From NCBI RefSeq assembly GCF_963921235.1, contig NC_086109.1, positions 9,488,001-9,548,000 of the forward strand: DNA of 60,000 nt, in the 5' to 3' direction. This document shows, piece by piece, positions 25,664 to 39,300 of the stretch. Each line of letters opens with the position of its first letter. The stretch's first letter is position 1. Position numbers and translations under genes: made by a program. The notes beneath the pieces were generated by a model, which saw nothing but the letters and a program-made list of their open reading frames with translations, was not told the origin of the DNA and made no database searches. Source of the stretch: Mobula hypostoma. Taxonomy: Eukaryota.

Positions 25664-27991
25664 AATTCTTGGTAGGGTCACCAATGCCAAAGAGGTCAGA
25701 CTAAGAGAGGTCCACCGGTCCTCCAGGTTTGGGGATTCAGCTCAGGGATAACAACCCCGACTGATCAAAAAAAGTTGTTACAGAAACAGCAATGAAGAAT
25801 CCTATATCCATGGCTGGCCAAGGACAGACAGAGATGGAGGACCTTCGTTGCTGCCCTAAATGCCAGTGATGTAACAGTTAGTAATTACTAACCACTTAGG
25901 AATAAGGAAGGGATATCAATGTTAATGGGATTATATTACAGGCCACCTGATAATTAGAGGAGTGACTTTCAAAAGAGATAGCAGACAGATGCAGGAAAAA
26001 TAAGACTCTAACCGTAGGTGATTTTATCTTTCCTCATATTGACTGAGACTCCAATGTAAAACGATTGGACAGGATAGAGTTTATCAAATGTGTTCATGAA
26101 AAAGGATCTAGCACTTTTCCAGCGTTTATGATGAATAAACTTTACTCGGGCTTCCGGCTGGGTGCAGTGAACAGTAGCTATTACTCCCTCCGAGCTGACT
26201 GTACTTTTAATTCTTTCTATTGTGTGTCGTCCTGGAGAGGCGCTTTTTAGATGAAGAAGTGAATCCAAGAACAGTGCAGTGGCACAGTTGGAGCAGCCAA
26301 TTCCCAACAGCGCCACAATCCCAGGTTCAACCCCGACCTTTGGTGCTAACTGTGTGGAGTCTGCAAGTTCTCCCTTTGACTACACTTTCCCCCACGTGCT
26401 CCAGAGGCCTCCCACATGCAGATCTGTAGGCTAACTAGATGCTGCAAATTGGCCCTAGTGTGGGGGTGAGGGATAGAATCTGTTGGGATGGGATGGGGGG
26501 AGCTGGTGAGAATATGGGGAGGATAAAATAATTGCGATTAATATTGGATTAGTGTAAATGAGCGATTGATGGTTGGCATGGGCTCAATGGGACAAAGCAC
26601 CAGATACTCTGCTGTTATGGAGGACTGGATAAATGGCTGGTTGAGTGGTGGCTGATACAGCGACCGCTGAGGGCCCACCATTAGATCACTCCTTAGAGGA
26701 ATATCGTACTCGACAGAGTATCACAGCTACTCCATTGTATTCCTCTACAGCCCAATGATTCTAATAATACTCCCAACGTCAGGAGAAGCAGTTGCAATGA
26801 CAGAGTGTCCTGGAACACCAGTTTGACAATCAGTCCTAGCATTCACCGGGATTTTGGAACCTGTATTCGAAAAGTGAAATGTGACCTTGCTCTGAGACTA
26901 AATACACTGGTTTCAATTTACCCCGAGTTTTCTCATCTCAAAGTCACAGGCTATAAGGATAAAACAAAACTTTAATCGGCAAACTGACATGTGCTTATTT
27001 AAGTGAGATTAGATGCATCTGGTGAAACTGTGGCTAAACATTAACAACGGACCTCTCTCACATGCTGCATCCTAAATTTGGCATCTTCGTTGTTACCTAA
27101 CGCTTGGTAGGACTTTTCTGAAATGCAGGCATTCTACTAAGAACCTATTTCTCTCTGAAAATATTGCTGTCAGAGTTAGATATAGAATAGAACTTCATTA
27201 TCATTGCTCAAGACAATGAAGATTGCAATGTTACTTTGGTCCGTGCAAATTAGATATTTACAATGTATGCTTACCTAATTAGTGGCCGTTATACCACTGG
27301 TGTTTAAGGCAGCAATGACCATCCTCTGTCTCTGGTGGTGTTCAGGGCTTCTTTCATCGTATCAGTGGCTTCCTCAATTTTCACTACTGTTAGACATGCA
27401 AATCCCAGGTGGAGCCTCAGGAATACCGTTGCACTCAGATGTGGAAGGACTCTTCGTTGCTGTTTCTGTCACAATTTTGTTTGACCAGTCAGGGTTGTTA
27501 GCCCTGAGATGAACTCCTGGTACCTGGAGGATCGATGGACCACTCTTAGTCTGTCCTCTACCGTTTGACCTGTTGAGCATTGGTGAACCTACCAGGAGCC
27601 AAAGTATCACACACAAAATACTGGAGGAACTCAGCAGGCCAGGCAGCATCCATGGAAAAGAGTACAGTCGACATTTTGGGCCTAGCCTTCGGCAGGACAA
27701 AGCATGAAGTCCAGACTCTGGCCAAAATAGCTCTCCAGATCATTGAGGAACATACAATGCATGTGGTATGGCTCAATTAAAAAAAATCCCATATTTACGT
27801 GGAACAAGTGACATTGTTATTCCATAACACTCAAAGGCCAGGGTGTAGAATTATTCAGCTGCACAATAGGCCTCAGGAAGAAGCTGTTTTTCGGCCTTAC
27901 TGCCTTGGCTGAGATGTCTCTGTATCTCTGACCAGATGGCAGGAGGTTGAACAGGACAGGACGGGATAGGTCTTTAATGATGCTACAAGGG

Positions 27992-28235
27992 TGTGGTAAA
28001 CCATACATATATATGTTGTAACTGGGTTACCTGTCTGGACATGCCTGGACATGCCCCTCTGCTGATTGCTCCTGTGGCTCCTCCCACAGACTCCTGTATA
28101 AAGGTGATCGTGCCACGGCTCCTCCCTCAGTCCAGGGCAGATACTCAGCAGGGACGTTGGTCCATTTTACTGTTACTTAAAGCCTTTCAGTAGTTACTCT
28201 ACTTCCAGTCTTTTGGAGTAATTGATAGTGCATCA
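27992..28235 (+). mobile_element. Solo LTR (244 bp)
   Basis: TG...CA termini, perfect 5-bp TSD AAGGG (27987-27991 / 28236-28240), internal TATAAA. Confidence 0.8.
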
Positions 28236-28420
28236 AAGGGCGCCTTAGCTATCGAGATATGTGGATTCTCTCCAGGTCCGGTAGTTAGTCCCAATAAGGC
28301 ACAGAGCCATACTAATCACCCATTAACACGAGGAATTCTGCAGATGCTGGAAATTCAAGCAACACACATCAAAGTTGCTGGTGAACACAGCAGGCCAGGC
28401 AGCATCTATAGGAAGAGGTA

Positions 28421-28457
28421 CAGTCGACGTTTCAGGCCGAGACCCTTCGTCAGGACT
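28421..28457 (-). ncRNA. Minimal hammerhead ribozyme motif (inverted partner copy)
   Basis: Reverse complement AGTC-CTGACGA-AGGGTCTCGGCCT-GAAA-CGTC-GACTG. Confidence 0.65.
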
Positions 28458-30093
28458 AACTGAAGGAAGAGCTAGTAAGAGATTTGAAAGTGGGAGGGGG
28501 AGGGGGAGACCCAAAATGATAGGAGAAGACAGGAGGGGGAGGGATGGAGCCGAGAGCTGGACAGGTGATTGGCAAAAGGGATACGTGAGGATCATGGGAC
28601 AGGAGGCCCAGGGAGAAGGAAAAGGGGGAGGGGGAAAAACCCAGAGGATGGGCAAGGGGTATAGTCAGAGGAACAGAGGGAGAAAAAGGAGAGAGAGAGA
28701 AAGAATGTGTGTATATAAATAAATAACGGATGGGGTACAAGGGGGAGGTGGGGCATTAGCGGAAGTTAGAGAAGTCAATGTTCATGCCATCAGGTTGGAG
28801 GCTACCCAGACGGAATATAAGGTGTTATTCCTCCAACCTGAGTGTGGCTTCATCTTTACAGTAGGGGAGGCGTGGATAGACATATCAGAATGGGAATGGG
28901 ACGTGGAATTATAATTTGTGGCCACTGGGAGATCCTGCTTTCTCTGGCGGACAGAGCGTAGGTGTTCAGCAAAACGATCTCCCAGTCTGCGTCAGGTCTC
29001 GCCAATATATAGAAGGCCGCATCGGGAGCACCGGACGCAGTATATCACCCCAGCCGACTCACAGGTGAAGTGTTGCCTCACCTGGAAGGACTGTTTGGGG
29101 CCCTGAATGGTGGTGAGGGAGGAGGTGTAAGGGCATGTGTAGCACTTGTTCCGCTTACAAGTGTAAGTGCCGGGAGGGAGATCAGTGGGGAGGGATGGGG
29201 GGGACGAATGGACAAGGGAGTCGCATAGGGAGCGATCCCTGTGGAAAGCGGCGGGGAGAGGGAAAGATGTGCTTAGTGGTGGGATCCGGTTGGAGGTGGC
29301 GGAAGTTACAGAGAATAATATGTTGGACCCGGAGGCTGGTGGGGTGGTAGGTGAGGACCAGGGGAAACCTATTCCTAGTGGGGTGACGGGAGGATGGAGT
29401 GAGAGCAGATGTGTGTGAAATGGGGGAGATGCATTTGAGAGCGAAGTTGATAGTGGAGGAAGGGAAGCCCCTTTCTTTAAAAAAGGAAGACATCTCCCTT
29501 GTCCTGGAATGAAAAGCCTCATCCTGAGAGCAGATGCGGCGGAGACGGAGGAATTGTGAGAAGGGGATGGCATTTTTGCAAGAGACAGGGTGAGAGGAGG
29601 AGTAGTAGGACTATTTCCAGTGGCCACACATTTTAATTCCACATCCCATTCCCATTCTGATATGTCTATCCACGGCCTCCTCTACTCTAAAGGTGAAGCC
29701 ACACTCAGGTTGGAGGAACAACACCTTATATTCCGTCTGGGTAGCCTCCAACCTGATGGCACGAACATTGACTTCTCTAACTTCCATTAATGCCCCACCT
29801 CCCCCTCGTACCCCATCCGTTATTTATTTATTTATACACACACTTCCTTTTTCTCTCTCTCCTTTTTCTCCCTCTGCCCCTCTCACTATACCCCTTGCCC
29901 ATCCTCTGGGTTTTTCCCCCCTCCCCCTTTTCTTTCTCCCTGGACCTCCTGTCCCATGATCCTCTCGTATCCCTTTTGCCAATCACCTGTCCAGCTCTTG
30001 GCTCCATCCCTCCCCCTCCTGTCTTCTCCTATCATTTTGGATCTCCCCCTCCCCCTCCCATTTTCAAATCTCTTACTAGCTCTTCTTTCAGTT

Positions 30094-30130
30094 AGTCCTG
30101 ATGAAGGGTCTTGGCCCGAAACGTCGACTG
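30094..30130 (+). ncRNA. Minimal type I hammerhead ribozyme motif in the Penelope-like terminal repeat
   Basis: AGTC-CTGATGA-A-GGGTCTTGGCCC-GAAA-CG-TC-GACT: stem I, conserved core, stem II, palindromic ACGT stem III, GUC site. Confidence 0.7.
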
Positions 30131-30696
30131 TACCTCTTCCTAGAGATGCTGCCTGGCCTGCTGCGTTCACTAGCAACTTTGATGTGTGTTGCTAATCACC
30201 CATTGGAGTGCTTCGTGATATGTCTTGTGCAGCTAGACTGTCATTCTGTATGTCAGTATGCTCTTGAGCACACAACGATAAAAGTTGGCCAGCTATTTTT
30301 GAGGCCGATTAGCTCTCCTTAAGCATCTCAAGTTGTAGAGTCACTGTTCTAGCGTTTCAGAAAAGCCCCATTGTCTGAAACATATGTTACAATATGTTCT
30401 GAACAGATCAGTGTTTAAAACATATTGTAAAAAATATGCTTCTAAACTTGTGTATTTCTTTACAAACGAGCAAGCAGCAAGCAAACTAATATGGAACTAT
30501 GGCTGTAACCTTGGTGAGAATCAGTGTAGGAGGGATAGGAGAGTAGCTATTGTGAGGAACGGAAGGCAGGTTGGTGGTAACAGTGAACAGGATTCTTTTT
30601 TTTAAAAGATACAACACGTAACATGCCCTTCTGACCCATGGAGCCCATACGGGCCAATTAGACCCATGTGACTAATTAACCTACTAACCCGTACAT

Positions 30697-31140
30697 CTTG
30701 GACTCACTTTACACCGCACACTGTTGGAGCAGTGCTGCCAGGATAATCAAGGACATGACCCACCCAGCCAACACACTTTTCCTCCCTCTTCCCTCCGGGA
30801 GAAGGCTCAGGAGCTTGAAGACTCCTATGGCCAGATTTGGGAACAGCTTCTTTCCAACTGTGATAAGACTGCTGAACGGATCCTGACCCAGATCTGGGCC
30901 GTACCCTCCAAATATCCGGACCTGCCTCTCGGTTTTTTTGCACTACCTTACTTTCCATTTTTCTATTTTCTATTCATGATTTATAATTTAAATTTTTAAT
31001 ATTTACCAATTTTTACAATTTTTAATATTTTTAATATTTAATATTTGTAATCCAGGGAGTAGGAAGCACAGAATCAAATATCGCTGTGATGATTGTACGT
31101 TCTAGTATCAACTGTTTGGCGACAATAAAGTATAAAGTAT
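30697..31140 (+). mobile_element. L2-like LINE 3' end inserted in a SINE
   Basis: IIKDMTHP...LPSGRRLRS...NSFFP motif; highly similar to 32113-32670. Confidence 0.75.
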
Positions 31141-31744
31141 CTTTGGGATGTGGGAGAAACCCGGAGCATGCAAAGGAACCCACGCAGTGTTGGGGAGAAT
31201 GTACACAGTCCTTACGGGCAGCGGTGGGAATTGAACCTGGGTCACCAGCACTGGAAATCACTACACTAACAGCTACGACTCCATGCCTCCCCTTGACTGA
31301 AGAGGGCAAAACAGAGGCAAATTCAACAGGTAGCCTTTTAGTTTTCATTCATTTAGGGGGTGAAGGTCTCATGAATAACACCAAAATTTATGACCCAACA
31401 TCACTTCTCTATCTCATCTTTTTCCTGCCATAAACCTCTCCCCTATCACCTTCTTTACACATCAGAGTCCAGTACTGGCAGCCCTCTGTTAATGTTGGAA
31501 ACAACTGCCTCCAATAATTGTTTCCAACATTCACCCTCCCCTCGTGCCACTTTACTCCATCTGTCTCTCAATATATATATTTTCTCTCTTCCTTTGTCTG
31601 CCTTCAACTATCATTTCACTGGCACTGTCTCCAAAACCATCCCTGCTCCTCTTCCGTACCTGCTCCAGCCTGCTCTTTGTCTTTCACCCTGCTCCAGTCC
31701 ACCAGTCATCTCAGCCTGCCACCTCACCACTCCCTTCCCCCTCG

Positions 31745-33915
31745 TAGCATACAGAAATATGTCCTTCAGTGCATCACGTCCATGCTAAGCTATTATTCTG
31801 CCTAGTTCCATTGACCCGCAAATAGACCAAAGTCATCCATACCCCCTTATCCATGTATGTATCTAAATGTCTCTTAAAAATTGAAATGAACCTCGCATCC
31901 ACTACCTCCACTGGCAGCTCATTCCATCTCTCACCATCCTCTGAGTGAAGAAGGTCCCCCTTAAATTTCCTTTAAATATTTCATCTTTCACCCTTAACCT
32001 ATGACATTTGATTCTAGACTCACCCAACCTCAGTGGAAAAGGTCTGTCTGCATTTACTCTACCTATAGCCCTCCTAATTTTTTACACCTCTATCGTCTCC
32101 CCTCGATTTCCTACACCGTAGAGAGCATTCTTCTAGGGTGCATCACAACCTGGTATGGAAGTTGTCCATGTCCAAGACCAAAAGAAGCTGCAGAAGATCG
32201 TGAACACGGTGCAGCACATCACACAAACCAATCTTCCGTCCTTGGACTCACTTTATACCGCACGCTGTCGGAGCAGTGCTGCCAGGATAATCAAGGACAC
32301 GACCCACCCAGCCAACACACTTTTTGTCCCTCTTCCTTCCGGGAGAAGGCTCAGGAGCTTGAAGACTTGTAAAGCCAGATTTGGGAACAGCTTCTTTCCA
32401 ACTGTGATAAGACTGCTGAACGGATCCTGACCCGGATCTGGGCCGTACCCTCCAAATATCTGGACCTGCCTCTCGGTTTTTTTGCACCACCTTACTTTCC
32501 ATTTTTCTATTTTCTATTTATGATTTATAATTTAACTTTTTAATATTTACTAATTTTTACTATTTTTAATATTTTTAATATTTGTAATCCAGGGAGTGGG
32601 AAGCGCAGAATCAAATATTGCTGTGATGATTGTACGTTCTAGTATCAATTGTTTGGCGACAATAAAGTATACACTCCAGGGAATGAAGTCCTACCTATTC
32701 AACTTTTCCCTATAACACAAATCCTCAAGTCCCAGCCACATCTTCGTAAATCCTCTCTGCGCTCTTTCAATCTTACAGAATTTTTCCCCATAGGTAGGTG
32801 GCCAGAACTGCACACAATATGATAAATATGGCCTCACCAACACCTTATACAATGTCAACATTATATCCTAACTGCGGTAATCAGTACTTTGATTCACGAA
32901 AACCAATGTGCCAAAAGCTCTCTTTACAGTCCTACCTGCATACCACTTTCAAATAATTATGGGTCTATATTCCCAGGTCCCTCTATTCTACCACACTTCT
33001 CAGTGCCCTGTATAACTCCTACCCTGGTTTGTCCTCCCAAAGTGCAACACTTGCCTGCAATAAATTCCATCTGCCATTTTTCCAGCCGGAACTAATCCCT
33101 GATAGCGTTCCTCACTGTCTATTGTGCCCCCAACTTGGTTTCATCTCCGAATTTGCTGATCCACTTTACCATGTTTTCATCCAGATCATTGACATAGATG
33201 AAAAAACAATGGACCCAGCACTGATCTCTGTGGCACACTACTAGTTGTAGACCTCCAGTCAGAGACGCAACCATCTACTATCACTCTCCAGTTTCTCCTG
33301 CAAAGTCAATAGATAATCCAATTTATTACCTCATCTTGAATGCCAAGTGACTGAACTTTCTTGATCAACCTCCCTAGCAGGACCTTGTCAAAGGCCTTGC
33401 TAAGGTCCATATAGACAACATCCACTGCCTTGCTTTCATTAACACTCCTGGTAACTTCCTCAAAAAACTCTATAAGATTGCTTAGACAAGACTTACCGTT
33501 CACAAAACCACGTTGAATACCCATAATCAGTACCTGTCTATTCAGATACTTGTATGTCCGGTCCCTTAGAATACTTGCCAATAACTTACTCGCTACTGAT
33601 GTCAGGCTCAATAGCCTATAATTTTCTGGCTTATTCTTAGAGCCTCCCTTAAACAACGGAACAATATTAGCTGTCCTCTGGTACCTCACCCACAGCTAAA
33701 GGACATTTTAAATACCTCTGCCAGTGCCCCTGCAATTTCTGCACTAGGCTCCCACAAGGTCTGAGGGAACACCAAGTTGGTCCCTGAGGATTGATCCAGC
33801 CTAAATATTGAAAGATAGCACGCACCCCCTTCTCTGTAATCCAGATGTAGTCCATGACCTCACTGTTGTTTTGCCTCCAGTGTCCATCTCCGGAGTAAAT
33901 ACAGATGCAAAATAA
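31745..33915 (-). mobile_element. Degraded CR1 LINE (interrupted)
   Basis: ORF 33306-33689 with NYRLLSLT and YMDLSKAFD. Confidence 0.8.
32113..32670 (+). mobile_element. L2-like LINE 3' end nested in an old CR1 fragment
   Basis: ESILLGCITTWYG, IIKDTTHP, NSFFP motifs; aataaagtat tail. Confidence 0.75.
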
Positions 33916-35505
33916 TCCAGAGTCAGAATCAAGTTTAATATCAGTGGCACATGTCATGGAATTTGTTGTTTTGCAGCAGCAGTACATAATAATAAAAATA
34001 TAAATTACAATTATATATATATATATATATATATATAAATTAATTCAACTAAGTGGTGCAAAAAGAGAGCAAAGAAAAGGAATAAGAATAGTGAGGTAGT
34101 GTATTGTACATGGTTCATTGTCTATTCAGAAGTCCGATGGCAGAGGGGAAGAAGCTGTTCCTAGAGCACTGAGTGTGTGTTATAAGGCTCCTGTACCTCC
34201 TCCTTGATGTTAGTAACGAGGCGACAGCATGCCCTGGGTGATGCAGATCCTAAATGATAGATGCCAGCTTTTCAAGGCATATTCTTTTGAAGGTGTCCTC
34301 AATGCTGGGGAGGTTATTGCCCACGGTGGAGCTGGCTGATCCATTTAAGATCTCCCTCATTTCTTTCGGCTCAATGCGTAGATGAGTATGCTGATCCTAG
34401 CGTAGACCATTTTTGTCCTTTGCTATCATTTTGCTCTATCAATGTGTCATGGAGAATATTTTGACCGGTCGCATCACCATCTGGTACAGAGGCTCCAATG
34501 CATAGGACTGGAACGAGCTGCAGAGGGTTGTTAATTTAGCCAGCCCTTCCATCCAGAACATCTACAATAGGCGACGCCTCAAGAAGGCAGCGTCCATCAG
34601 TAAGGACGCTCACCGTCCAGGACTTCTCCTCCCATTGTTACCATCAAGGTGAAGGTACAGGAAGCTGAAAACACACACTCAACGTTTTAGGAACAGCTCC
34701 TTCCCCTCCACCATCAGACTTCTGAATGGCCCATGAATATTACCTCACTTTTTGCTCCCCTTTTGCACTATTTATTCTTTATGAAATTTCTCATTGTGAT
34801 TTATATTAATATTTTATGTATTGCAATGTACTGCTGCCCCAAAACGACACATTTCATGACATACGATAGAGATATTAAACCTGATTCTGATTCAAAGTTA
34901 CCCCCACACAAAGAGGTTTTATTCAAGATTCAAGATTGTTTAATGTCATTTCCAGTACACAAGTGTGAGGAAGAGGGGCAGCATGTTGTCGTAGTGGTTA
35001 GCATAATATGGTACCAGCGACCGGGGTGCAGTTCCTGTTGTTGCACGTACGGATTTGTACGTTCTCTCCGTGACTGTGTGGGTTTCCTCTGGGTGTTCCA
35101 GTTTCCTCTCGCAGTACAAAGACGTACTGGTTGGTAGGTTAATTGGTCACTGTAAATTGTCCCACGATTGGTATTGCGGACCAAAGGACCCACAGGGCGT
35201 TTTCTGCACTCTATCTCAATCAATAATTTTTAAAATAATTGTTGCTCTGGATCTGCTGATCCAGAAAGCACAATAAAAGAAAGAACACAATAACAAAAAA
35301 AAACACAAATATAAATACATAAGATAGCTTATACACATAGATTGATTGTATGTCTATAAAGTGACGCTAGGCACAGGAGTGACTGTACATAAGGTGACTG
35401 ACAGGAAATGAACAAGTAGTGGTAGCTGGGGGTGTGAAGGGGTGGGATTGTGGGTGGAGGTGTTGATCAGCCTTACTGCTTGGGGAAAGTAACTGTTTTC
35501 GAGTC

Positions 35506-35669
35506 TCACACACAAAATTGCTGGTGGAACGCAGCACGCCAGGCAGCATCTATAGGAAGAGGTACAGTTGACGTTTTGGGCCGAGACCCTTCGTCAGGAC
35601 TGCTGCGTTCCACCAGCAGTTTGTGTGTGTTGCTTGAATTTCCAGCATCTGCAGATTTCCTCGTGTTTG
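35506..35669. mobile_element. Mini fold-back Penelope-like insertion inside an L2-like element
   Basis: Inverted arms; near-TSD TGTTTTCGAGTC / TGTTTTTGAGTC. Confidence 0.65.
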
Positions 35670-36006
35670 TGTTTTTGAGTCCAGTGGTTCTGGCGTGGCT
35701 GCTATGTAGCCTCCTTCCTGATGGGAGAGAGACAAACGGTCCATGAGCAGGGTGGGTGGGATCTGTTGTAATGTTCTTGGCCCTTTTCCAGCAGTAATCA
35801 TTGGCTCTCCACCTCACACTGCAACACCTGTACACTGTGAGTTAATTAACTTTCAGATCTACTCAAAGAAAACGACAGAAAGTTGCACTGACCATTAATT
35901 TACAGAGTTAATTGTACAAATTGAAATCAGAAGACCAGGGATGGTTACTGTCCTTCAAAAAAAAACTGCTGGATTTTTCTCCATAACAGTGGAAGGAGAT
36001 TGACAG

Positions 36007-39000
36007 TGTGACGAGAATACACATAAAATTAAGATGTTTGCTGGCCTGGGTTAGCATCAGTGGCATCAGCAGTTGGTCTGCCACCTGCCCTCAGGGGAAG
36101 GAGAGATAAGGAACAATGGAGCAGCGTCTGGAGATGTGTAATGAAGGGACGTGGGAGAGAGAGCTGTCTGGAGCGGCTCCCCCTTTGAACCCTGAACTGT
36201 TTGAAGTGGTGGACTTTTATGCCCCAGCAGGGGGATAAAAAGGGACAGGTTCGCTAAGGCAGGACACACACACGCCACCCGAGGTAACGAGACCCTGGAA
36301 GCGGTGCGCCTCTCACGAGTGGGTGAGAAGTATCAGACAACAGCCAGGGTGGAAAGGTACGATCAGCGGGAACCCGGTGTGTGTCCGCCCTTGCCTGGGT
36401 GCCGGGTTCACTGCAGAGGATCGACCGCATCTGGAGGAGGGGTCACAGTCGGTGACCTCAGGTGACATCACCAAGGACCTGCCCAAAAAAGTTGCTTGTG
36501 AGCCATCTCACCGGTCTGTGAGTGAAGCCGTGTATGAATAGTTGTTCCTGTTCTCTCTCTCTCTCCCCGCACGTTGTCCATCGCCATGGCAACGATTACT
36601 GCGAACTGAACTACTAAACTGGACTGAACTTTGAGTCACATTGAAATTTGGTCATTTACCCCTAGACAACGATAGAGCTTGATTGATGCTGTTATCTTAA
36701 TTCTGTGCACATGTGTGGTTATCATTGTTGAACTGTTGCATTTATTATCCTTTCGATTACTGTGTTGCTTGTTTCTTTAATAAAACTTTCTTAGTTCTAG
36801 TACTCCAGACTCCAACTGAGTGATCCATTTCTGCTGGTTTGGCAACCCAGTTACGGGGTACGTAACATAAGTGGGGTTCTCGTCCGCGATTTTGAACGCT
36901 AATTTTGGGACGGAGTAAATTGATTGGGTTAAAATTCCCGAAAGAAAGAAAAGACAAACAGCAGAAATGGAGGCTGAAGAATTTATAAAGGCGCCGACCT
37001 TGGAGGCATTAGAGGATGCCAGGAAATCGGAATTGATAGCTGTGGCCAAACGGTTGAATCTTGCTAAGGGGAAGTCGACAATGAGGAGAGAGGAGATACA
37101 CAGAGCTATCGTAGAGCACTATGTATCTAAAGGTGTGTTTCTCCAAGGTGAGCTGGGGGTGGTGTCTATTGAAAAACCTGCTGGAGACGCAGTACAGTTA
37201 CAGCTTGAAAAACTGAGACTCGAGCACGAGTTCCGGGTACGGCAGTTAGAACACGAAGAGAAGCAGTTAGAAAGGCAGGAGAGAGAGTTAGAAAGGCGGG
37301 AGAAAGAGAAAGAGGTAGAAAGGCAAGAGAGAGAGAGACAGTTGGAGAGAGAAGAGAAAGAGAGGCAATGGGAGCGAGAAGAGAGAGGGAAACAGAGGGA
37401 AAGGGAATTTGAGCTGGAGAAGTTAAAGATAAGGGCCGAGCAGGGGCTCGTGCAGAACCAAGGTGGAGGGTTCCGGGCGACCCAGGAGGTTAGGCTGGTT
37501 CCCCCATTTGACGATACCGACGTGGATCGGTACTTTCTCCACTTCGAAAAAGTGGCTATAAGTCAGGACTGGCCGAGGGATAAGTGGGTTGTTTTACTTC
37601 AGAGTGTACTGAAAGGGAAGGCCCAAGAAGCTTACTCAGCTTTGTCCGTGGAAGATGCCCAGAGGTATGAGGTGGTGAAAGAGGCCATCCTCAGGATTTA
37701 TGAGTTGGTCCCGGAGGCATACCGGCAGAGGTTCCGGAATGCGAGGAAGCAGTGGGACCGCACGTATTTGGAGTTTGCTCGTGAGATGCAGACATATTGT
37801 GAGCGTTGGTGCGCCTCGAAGGGGGTAGAGGGGGATTATGACAGACTGCTACAACTGATCCCGATTGAGCAGTTTAAAGGTTGTGTCCCTGAGGGTATGA
37901 GACCCTACCTCGATGAGAAAGAGGCAGCTACGTTAGCCGCAACTGCTAAGTTAGCGGATGAGTATGCGTTGACGCATAAAATGAAGTTTGCCCCGAGTAA
38001 AGGCTACCAAAAGGGTCGTCAGGACGGCGGGGAGAGTCCGCCGGAAAAGTCAGAAAGTAAGCCGGGGACTAGTGAAAAGGATAAGGTAGACCGGGAGCAG
38101 TCTGGTAGGAAGTCTCCTGGGGTCGTCTGTTATAATTGTGGGAAAGCCGGACACTTTGCGTCCAGGTGCTTTGCCCCAAAGAAGGAGACGGGAAAAGGAA
38201 AAGCGGAAATTTGGAATGGCTGTATCGAGCTGTTAAGCGAACAGCTAGGGAAGGACAGGTCTGAAAAAGTCCAGGAAGGGCGCGAGAGGTTTATCTCGGC
38301 CGGACTGGTGTCAGTGAAGGAGGGGTTAAAACCAGTTCCAGTGCGGATCTGGAGAGACACGGGAGCGTGTCAGTCACTAATACTGAAGAGTGTACTAGAG
38401 GTTAGCTCAGAGACCCAGACTGGGGAGGTCAAGGTCAAAGGTGTTGGGGAAGGGACAGAGTCAGTCCCTTTGCACCAGATACACTTACAAAGCAACCTGG
38501 TCTCTGGACTAGTCACGATCGGGGTGAGGTCCGAATTACCGATGAAAGACGTGGAAGTCTTGCTCGGTAATGACATCGCCGGAGGAATCGTGTTCCCAGT
38601 CGTGAGATTGACGGGTCAGCCTGCCAGCATTGAGGCCCCGCCCATGGACTCACAGGTTCATTTCGGGCCCGCGATAGTGAATTTAGCTGAAACATTTCTG
38701 CCAACCTTGTATGAGACAGGGTGTAGTGAGATAAGAGGTAGCGAGGGAGCTGGGACGGACGTAGCAGTAGCCAGGAAAGAATTTGTGCAGACGCAGGAGC
38801 GAGACGAGGGGCTGATAGTTTTGGCAGAGACCGCTCTCTCTGACACAGCCTTGACAAGGGAACTAGTAGACTATTGTGCTGAGGAGGAAGTGCTAAGGAA
38901 GAAAGGGAAATCAAGTACAGTATCCGCAGATGAGGAGTGGGGGGTGGTGCAAAAGAGTTATGGGGATGAGGTTTTTAACATGGCCCACGAGGTACCCCCC

Positions 39001-39300
39001 GGTGGACATTTTGCGGTGCTGGAGGAAACAGTTGGTGGAATCATGAAAGAGATTTACCGGCTGCCCAGGGGGAGAAATGTTATTGATCATGACCGACGCG
39101 AACTGAGACGGTCACCGGCTTTTGATATGCTAACAAACCTAGTCGTTGTTAGCGTGGAAATCAATGAAGCTAGGGGCCCCCTGATAAGAGAAAAAAACCA
39201 TTCTGAAAAGATTAGGATGGGATCGGTCAGATGGGAGAAGGCTATTGTTTTGGCCAGGTCTACTGATAAGGTCTCTCCCTTAATCCCCGAACAAAGCGAA
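36007..39300 (+). mobile_element. Gypsy (Gmr1-like) LTR retrotransposon remnant: 5' LTR 36007-36867, PBS, gag-protease ORF; no 3' LTR seen
   Basis: LTR termini TGTGACG...CGTAACA; tRNA-Pro-like PBS TGGGGTTCTCGTCCGCGAT at 36872. Confidence 0.88.

Larger units (their letters stand above)
28325..30191 (-). mobile_element. Penelope-like retroelement: GIY-YIG end of the ORF plus terminal repeat on -, followed by an inverted copy of about 570 bp on +
   Basis: CKRNKCYTC...VIYCVRCSRCGLLYIGET motif; TSD CTAATCACCCATT at 28312-28324 and 30192-30204. Confidence 0.88.

Noticed and set aside
26600..26990. Unique sequence with splice-acceptor-like sites and short open frames
   Set aside because: No recognisable protein similarity or matching donor; kept only as a possible regulatory island
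38350..38370. DTG motif suggesting a third pepsin-family gene
   Set aside because: It is the retrotransposon protease inside the intronless gag ORF
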